The notes under the pieces: generated by a model
Seen by the model: the letters and a program-made list of their open reading frames with translations, nothing else
Told to the model about the DNA's origin: nothing
The model's database searches: none
Program-made: the position numbers and the translations under genes
IMG/VR virus record: IMGVR_UViG_3300020161_002811
Span: 18,227-82,226 of that record
Length of the DNA stretch: 64,000 bases
Source of the DNA: a virus
Taxonomy: Duplodnaviria; Caudoviricetes
Strand: one strand, 5' to 3'
Shown here: positions 58,452 to 64,000 of the stretch, piece by piece
How the letters are laid out: each line of letters begins with the position of its first letter
How positions within the stretch are numbered: position 1 is the first letter of the stretch

Positions 58452-59114
58452 TCAGGGTCTGATAATTGTGGTGTTCAATCCCTCAGGTGGAATACCTACC
58501 AGGCTAGTCGGATCGACAAGCGTATCATTTCTGATAACGTACATCGGTCCAAGCTCACGGGCTACGTAAGTCATTGTCTCTTCGATAACGATGTCATCCA
58601 TCGAGGCTCCCGAACCTTCGTTCAAAAGCTCAACACCAAAGATTGATCTTACTGCTGCCTGACCATATTCGTTAGCGAATGTAACAGTAATGTCAAAAGG
58701 AGGAATCTGATCTGCATAGTAAGGAACTTTTCTTACTACGCCGGTCTTCTGCTCATTAACATCAGCGATACCGCGTCGATGGCCATTGTCACCGGGCAAT
58801 GTGTTGTGACTTCTTGTGTAAAAGTCCATAGGTCTGTTTTGTGTATAGTTTTGTTCCAACATCTTATAAAGTGCGGGACGATCAAAAACTGTAAAGATTA
58901 AAGAGCCAGCTATTCCTCTTTTTCCTCTTGAGAAGGAACGAGGATTAGGTGATCCCATGGTATAGATTGGGGCCTTTTCTCTAGTAACAGAGAAAGTGAT
59001 GCCTGATAAGGCGCCAATTTCTACGCCACCAAATGTGGCTACAATGTCTGCTCCTGAGAACGTGGTGTAAGTATTGAGATACTTATTAACTGATGTATAT
59101 TCTTCTGCTGCCAT
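58452..59114 (-). CDS. major tail tube protein
   Basis: TFSGADIVATF...GITFSVTREKAPIYTMG...FSRGKRGIAGSLIFTVFDR...DQIPPFDITVTFANEYG; directly follows the sheath; SD GGAGG; followed by a terminator. Confidence 0.85.
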   Translation of the reverse strand: MAAEEYTSVNKYLNTYTTFSGADIVATFGGVEIGALSGITFSVTREKAPIYTMGSPNPRSFSRGKRGIAGSLIFTVFDRPALYKMLEQNYTQNRPMDFYTRSHNTLPGDNGHRRGIADVNEQKTGVVRKVPYYADQIPPFDITVTFANEYGQAAVRSIFGVELLNEGSGASMDDIVIEETMTYVARELGPMYVIRNDTLVDPTSLVGIPPEGLNTTIIRP

Positions 59115-59140
59115 TTAAGTTACCCTCCTAGTCGGTAAAT

Positions 59141-60379
59141 TTATAGACTAATGGCCACTCTGACTTCGATCTCTTTGAGTTCGAAGGCAGGTGTTAAAAT
59201 AAGGTCTACAATCGCCTTGTTTTCGTTCGGGATATAAGAGACAGTAAAGTCGCTACCGAGCAAGGCTCCTACAATTTGCATACCTCTCAAGCCAGAAGTA
59301 ATTGCTGTTTCCATCGCATTTCTTGTTTGAATGTTTGATGGCTCACCAACGAATCTCTGGCAGGCTTGTCTAACAACCGATGTAGCATCATTGATGATTC
59401 TCTTGGTTGAAAGACGAGTATAATCTGATGTTGACCAACCGAAGGTCAATCCATCTCCGAATACTGGAATCTTATTGAAGTTAATAACAACACTGTTTAC
59501 GCCCTTGTCTGACAAGGCAGTCTGCTGTGTTCTAGTGGGGGAGTATCTTATGGCCTCCACGTTATAAGCTGCCTTATTCACAACTGAGCTGTATGAAGGC
59601 AATATGCTAATAGTAGCAGCAAGGTGTGCTGCTCCGTTTGCATAACCGAAATCAACTTCTCCAGAGGAGTAGTTAACTGGCTTAATTTCAGTAGCAACGA
59701 CCACTATATACGGGCCGGTCTCTTTCAAGTCTGCGCTATCATTTCTAACTGGAAGACCAGAAAGAGCCAAATGCGAATTGACATTTCCTGGAGTCATAGT
59801 CTCTGAAGCGCCAGTAAATGGCTTAACGCCCATAACTGCTATGCAGGGATTAATGTTTTCCGAAATATCTTTAACTTTTGCCGAAACTTTATATGCCCAG
59901 TTACTTGCTACTGTGGCTGAATTATTTGCGTAGAATCCAAAAGTAGAGTCACTGGGCGAATCCGGCGTTGCTGCCCATTCGCTAGGACGACCACCACGAC
60001 CCCAAGGGACAATAATGTCCGGAACGCAAGACTCTGCTGCGATAAATGCATCGTCGAAAATGTCTACTCCGCTACTGGTGACAGCACCGGTGCTTGGGAC
60101 AAATACGGTATTGCTCGGCAACGGGACAATATACATTCTTCCGGCTCCGGCAATGAGCAATTCAAGGAATGCTCTGTGTGCATCTGAGCCATCACCAAAG
60201 GCAGTGATGACATCAGCTTCGTTTGAAACTCGTACGACATCAAGGTCAGCCACTCCACCAGTCAGGTTTGCGTTGCTGCGCTTTGCGATTGCGACAATTC
60301 GAGGACCAGCTGGTGCGTCCTGACGTGAGACGCTATAGAAGCGATCTCTGATTAAAGTTTTTACTCCAGGTATACCCAT
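59141..60379 (-). CDS. tail sheath protein
   Basis: C-terminal LSDKGVNSVV...DYTRLSTKRII..A...VRQACQRFVGEP...VDLILTPAFELKEIEVRV sheath domain; SD GGAGG. Confidence 0.9.
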   Translation of the reverse strand: MGIPGVKTLIRDRFYSVSRQDAPAGPRIVAIAKRSNANLTGGVADLDVVRVSNEADVITAFGDGSDAHRAFLELLIAGAGRMYIVPLPSNTVFVPSTGAVTSSGVDIFDDAFIAAESCVPDIIVPWGRGGRPSEWAATPDSPSDSTFGFYANNSATVASNWAYKVSAKVKDISENINPCIAVMGVKPFTGASETMTPGNVNSHLALSGLPVRNDSADLKETGPYIVVVATEIKPVNYSSGEVDFGYANGAAHLAATISILPSYSSVVNKAAYNVEAIRYSPTRTQQTALSDKGVNSVVINFNKIPVFGDGLTFGWSTSDYTRLSTKRIINDATSVVRQACQRFVGEPSNIQTRNAMETAITSGLRGMQIVGALLGSDFTVSYIPNENKAIVDLILTPAFELKEIEVRVAISL

Positions 60380-60422
60380 TTTGTTCTTTATCCTCCAAAT
60401 TTCAAAACTCTATTTGAATCTC

Positions 60423-60433
60423 TCTTTATAGTA
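60423..60433 (-). promoter_or_regulatory. candidate phage late-promoter motif TACTATAAAGA (copy 2)
   Basis: Identical to 7474-7484; lies 44 nt upstream of the sheath start codon. Confidence 0.45.
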
Positions 60434-60493
60434 ACACACAACTTATAAAAACAACTACAAACTTAATTTTGGCAGAGATTAATATATACCATA

Positions 60494-61357
60494 TTAGCTA
60501 TTGGGTGTTGCGCCTTGGAAAAGGTCTATGACATTGCCTTCTGTTCCAGTATAGTTTGGTGTCGCTAGTTCATTTTTAAGCAGATCTTTTTCATAGGCCA
60601 TCCATGTTCTTGCGTCAACGACAATTTTTTCAATTCTATTATTAGCTATTGCAAACGTTTTTTCAGTAGTTAACATGTATGTAACAGTTCTTTTATGTAT
60701 ATCCTTACCATCTCTATTTATCTCTGAGTCTGATAATCTTCTAGAATACACTAGTTCAGATGCACCTGCCGCTTTAAAAATTTTAGAATATTCCAACATA
60801 AAATCTTCAAAAGCTTCCATGACCTGATCGCATAGGACTGCTGCGTCAAGATCATCTCTGGTTGTTGTACTATTTGCCCCCTGGAAAGTTCCGACCTTAC
60901 TCATCACTGTAAAACCTACGACGTTTTGAAATTTCTGACCATAAATTGTTACTGAATTAGTAAGTACATTTTGGCGCATTCTTGGCTTTGGCTCTGTAGT
61001 GTGCGATTTTCTTAGCTCTAAATGATAACCAATTATTGCTGGAAAGTCATCTAGTCCAACGCTCGTAGAAGACGGGGCTGATGAAAGATCTCTTGTGGAG
61101 TTTGCAATACCTCCAGAGTCACTATACGTGACGGATGATTCTCTATTTATACTTAATGGCAGTATTGGTATTGTTGGATGGCTTTCTTCCCATAATTTTT
61201 TAACTAAACTAACAAACTCTAGGTAAGTTAGATTTCCAGTATATACTTCTTCAATTCCATCACTATCTAATCTGCGATAGCCAGGAGCCTGTAGAGCCGG
61301 TAAACCGTATCTTGCATTTTCAGAAAAGTGAGGAAAATCTCTATTTAAATAACTCAT
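60494..61357 (-). CDS. tail terminator/completion-like protein
   Basis: Position upstream of the sheath; KPRMRQ...YGQKFQNVVGFTV...A..LCDQV.EAFEDFM.EY...AG.SELVY.RR pattern. Call is mainly positional. Confidence 0.55.
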   Translation of the reverse strand: MSYLNRDFPHFSENARYGLPALQAPGYRRLDSDGIEEVYTGNLTYLEFVSLVKKLWEESHPTIPILPLSINRESSVTYSDSGGIANSTRDLSSAPSSTSVGLDDFPAIIGYHLELRKSHTTEPKPRMRQNVLTNSVTIYGQKFQNVVGFTVMSKVGTFQGANSTTTRDDLDAAVLCDQVMEAFEDFMLEYSKIFKAAGASELVYSRRLSDSEINRDGKDIHKRTVTYMLTTEKTFAIANNRIEKIVVDARTWMAYEKDLLKNELATPNYTGTEGNVIDLFQGATPNS

Positions 61358-61358
61358 A

Positions 61359-62951
61359 TTATGCTCCTGGACCAGCTGCTAGTGAAAAGTCTACCCTCTT
61401 TAATCCAAGGGCTGAAAGTAATGCTATTTCAAAGATGAATACACCTCTTTGTGTTTCCGATATTTGAACATTAAAAGAGTAATCATTTATTGCTAAGCTT
61501 GTTTTAAGTGAATCTAAAAATTCCTTAGTTTCAGAAACTATTTGATCAAAAGCCATAATATCAAAATGGGAGACTGCCTTTATTTCACTTACGACAAGAG
61601 ACACTAGTCTCATTTGTGCTAGCTTGGTAAAGGCTGAGCCTTCACCGGCCATCGTATACTCATTGGTCAAATAGACTTCAAAGGGTACTGCCCTTCTTGT
61701 TTTCTTTCCACGATATAATGTATTAATGCCCAAATTTTCTAATCTTAAATACTCAGCCTGAGTAAGATCATTCCCGAATAAAGACATGGCTCCTGGTATT
61801 CTAGCCCTAACCAAAGCCCTACTAACTGGAGCGGCAGATATCATTCCCGCCACTGCTGCTGCTGCGTTTGAGACGTAGCTTAACTTTATTTGAGGATGCT
61901 GAAAAACCATTTCTCCATATATTGGAACTACGTATCGACCTTTATCCGAAGATATTTGTCCAGTTTGATTATTATAGATAGTAAATTTATCAGTAAATAT
62001 AGGATTTTGTTCTATTATATCTATGTCTGAGGAAGTGATGCCATTAGTTCTAGAACCAATGATCCCTACCTGAACATTTCCAGTATTGTTGTGGAAATTC
62101 GAACAATACGTTGCGAGTTGCGTTACAAAATCTACTGTGCCGGTATTTATAATGGAAGTTTCAAGTGGAACAATTATATCTACAAAATCTAAATCTATGA
62201 TATCTGCATATGTTTGTTGAAGTCTTTCGTAATATTTTTCATAAAAAGTCTGAGAACTGGGAGTTGCTTGATCTCGATTAAATACCGTAGTAGATATAAA
62301 TCTCCCCTCATAACTATCGACATATTCTGTCATTGGTGCTGATGCACAGATCATTATGTCTCTTGCCCCACATGAGTAAGCGTCTAACACGCCTCGTAAA
62401 AGCGGACTATTAAAATCTGCCTGGAGTAGATTAACTGCTTGCTGTATAGAGTCAATTCTTACTGGAAAGTTTAGATCAATGCCATCTGCGTGCCCTATTA
62501 ATAGCAGTGTGCTTGTATTGCTTGTGTTCAGCTGTTGGTATGTAGGTCTATAGCTGATTACGCTTGATTTTGGAGCTACGATTGTGGCAGGCGACAATGT
62601 GCTAGTGGATGCTTTTACTTGAAATACTGAAGCTACATTGATATTTTTAACTGCGCTGTTTGTTCTAGCTAAAACGGTGTAATTATACTCGTAAAGATTG
62701 TCAGGAACAGTATAATGGAAAATATACTCTCCATTGGTGACTTTCTCTATTCTATTGCCCGTAGCTTCTGGATCTTGGGAAAGATATAAGTAAGGACCAT
62801 CAATTACTGCGCCCGCTCCACTCTCACCTCTTAGCACATATATGCTTACGTCTACGGGCGTGGCTGAACTAGCCGGATCATAAATCGTTCCATCAAAATC
62901 TGTAAATATAAATCTAAATTGAGCTGTCTGCCCCTTGGATAAAACTAACAT
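61359..62951 (-). CDS. second tail-sheath-like protein with N-terminal Ig-like domain
   Basis: Sheath-type LLLIGHADG...SPLLRGVLDAYSCGARDI and C-terminal LENLGINTL...FTKLAQMRLVSLVVSEIK...FSFNVQ; N-terminal beta-sandwich AQFRFIF..DG..YDP. Likely start is MLVLSKG at 62951. Confidence 0.75.
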   Translation of the reverse strand: MLVLSKGQTAQFRFIFTDFDGTIYDPASSATPVDVSIYVLRGESGAGAVIDGPYLYLSQDPEATGNRIEKVTNGEYIFHYTVPDNLYEYNYTVLARTNSAVKNINVASVFQVKASTSTLSPATIVAPKSSVISYRPTYQQLNTSNTSTLLLIGHADGIDLNFPVRIDSIQQAVNLLQADFNSPLLRGVLDAYSCGARDIMICASAPMTEYVDSYEGRFISTTVFNRDQATPSSQTFYEKYYERLQQTYADIIDLDFVDIIVPLETSIINTGTVDFVTQLATYCSNFHNNTGNVQVGIIGSRTNGITSSDIDIIEQNPIFTDKFTIYNNQTGQISSDKGRYVVPIYGEMVFQHPQIKLSYVSNAAAAVAGMISAAPVSRALVRARIPGAMSLFGNDLTQAEYLRLENLGINTLYRGKKTRRAVPFEVYLTNEYTMAGEGSAFTKLAQMRLVSLVVSEIKAVSHFDIMAFDQIVSETKEFLDSLKTSLAINDYSFNVQISETQRGVFIFEIALLSALGLKRVDFSLAAGPGA

Positions 62952-62953
62952 TT

Positions 62954-63325
62954 TTACTTCTCTCTTGTGGCTCCGACAGTCCAATAGTTTATCTTACCAA
63001 ACCTGCCTCTGACTGCAGTAACTGCAGCTATGCTAAACATTGTATAATTTTTACTTGATTTGAAAGAATAATTTTCATATATTCTATCCCCTTCTTTAGG
63101 GAAGATATTTTCTTCGAAATAATATACCGCGTCGTAGTTTGTTAAAAGTCCTTCTTGAGTTTCAGTAGAGGAATTAGCATTAGTCGTGCCGGACTGCCCT
63201 ACCTGGCGTGTTGTTACTCTTTCAAAGTGATCGCAATGATTACCATTTGGCAGTATTCTTTGGACATAAACGTCGTGCCCCCATTGCCTAAGTATACGAT
63301 TAAAGGATTTTTTTGCATCAATCAT
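62954..63325 (-). CDS. head-tail joining (head closure/stopper-like) protein
   Basis: ILRQWGHDVYVQR...AVYYFEENIFPKEGDRIYE...AVRGRFGKINYW; position between neck and tail genes. Likely start is MIDAKK at 63325. Confidence 0.55.
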   Translation of the reverse strand: MIDAKKSFNRILRQWGHDVYVQRILPNGNHCDHFERVTTRQVGQSGTTNANSSTETQEGLLTNYDAVYYFEENIFPKEGDRIYENYSFKSSKNYTMFSIAAVTAVRGRFGKINYWTVGATREK

Positions 63326-63998
63326 AACTTCGGAAGCCTCTCTTAGGCATCGGGTCATCATTTATATTTGTTGTTCCATTTGGATCGTATAATTCTCTTC
63401 CAGATGGATATACAATTTTATCAGTTAATTTACTATCATACATAGATAGGCCTGGTAAATTCTTTGGCTGGAACCCTCTTGGGCCAACCTTTGCTGCCAA
63501 CATCTCTTTTCTTAGTGCTGCAGCAATTTGGCACCATGTTGTAGCGTTGTCTCTAGTGACTTTATTTCTTGGTATCGACTTATTGGTAATGCTTAAATCC
63601 CCAAGCGTTAAAGACATTTCATCGTCACCGCCTAATCCGTAAGTTCTTGAAAGTTCACAGGCTGTAGCAGCTTTTATGTATTCAAGAACGGTAAAAGACA
63701 ATCCTGAACCATCTTCTGTGTCTAGTAGATTGTAGATGGCCTTTACCTCTGTTGAGTAGTTATATATTATTTCACCTATCTCCAGCATTGATGCATCGGG
63801 AAAATAAGCTAAAACAGATTCTGGATCAAGAAATAGAGGAGTTACATCTGGAGCAAAAGTTATGGTCTCATCATTTTTTAAAATAATAGTAGGCTGATAC
63901 TCTTTGCTAACTGAGCTGACATATAACTTTTGTTCTACTACTACGGTATTTCCATTGGATAATATCCCCGTAAATTTAACAGTATATGTATCAGCTAT
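63318..63998 (-). CDS. neck/head-tail connector-like protein, 5' end outside the window
   Basis: The frame is open from the window edge (IADTYTVKFTG...PDASMLEIGE...), so the track's ATG at 63788 is internal. It contains YIKAATACEL...LTLGDLSITN. Confidence 0.6.
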   Translation of the reverse strand: MADTYTVKFTGILSNGNTVVVEQKLYVSSVSKEYQPTIILKNDETITFAPDVTPLFLDPESVLAYFPDASMLEIGEIIYNYSTEVKAIYNLLDTEDGSGLSFTVLEYIKAATACELSRTYGLGGDDEMSLTLGDLSITNKSIPRNKVTRDNATTWCQIAAALRKEMLAAKVGPRGFQPKNLPGLSMYDSKLTDKIVYPSGRELYDPNGTTNINDDPMPKRGFRSYD

Positions 63999-64000
63999 AG

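Noticed and set aside
63318-63788. Track start at ATG 63788 for the last gene
   Set aside because: The reading frame stays open to the window edge with protein-like sequence, so this ATG is probably internal.
1-64000. Alternative genetic code (TAG or TGA reassignment) as seen in some large phages
   Set aside because: Genes are full length under code 11. TAG (e.g. thyX at 2502, 43442) and TGA (e.g. 3190, 3551, 11302) act as real stops directly followed by the next gene.
1-64000. CRISPR arrays, tRNAs, rRNA, IS elements or integrases
   Set aside because: Intergenic gaps are all under about 150 bp. No regularly spaced direct repeats, cloverleaf-sized gaps with T-loop motifs, or transposase/recombinase motifs were seen by eye.

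Overview
The window is a single, densely packed minus-strand segment of a large AT-rich contractile-tailed (myovirus-like) phage genome in standard genetic code 11. Every credible gene is on the - strand; the + strand ORFs are antisense shadows. In transcription order (right to left) it holds: head-tail joining proteins, a second sheath-like protein, a tail terminator-like protein, the tail sheath, three tail-tube-fold paralogs, two paralogous tail assembly chaperones, a 2201-aa tape-measure-like protein, a 1616-aa protein, a 3751-aa baseplate-hub-like protein, a two-domain tail lysin, split spike genes, baseplate wedge proteins, a paralogous block of large structural proteins and a lone holin. 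A nucleotide-metabolism and accessory operon follows (class II RNR, ThyX, dCMP deaminase, GT2 glycosyltransferase, thermonuclease). The most striking observation is the 1616-aa ORF (43898-48748), which is translationally coupled to the tape-measure gene. It carries, in the expected order, the motifs of a single-chain two-barrel (DPBB) RNA polymerase (DG, R-x-GG...K, I-x3-S-x2-K, R, and a non-canonical GGFDLDDK catalytic loop) plus a C-terminal hydrophobic helix, so it is a candidate virion-injected RNA polymerase. The nearby giant hub protein ends in a recognisable staphylococcal-nuclease fold. Together these suggest an injected RNAP + nuclease + wall-hydrolase module. An actinobacterial host is inferred only weakly. 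All family calls come from motif reading by eye; no database search was run.
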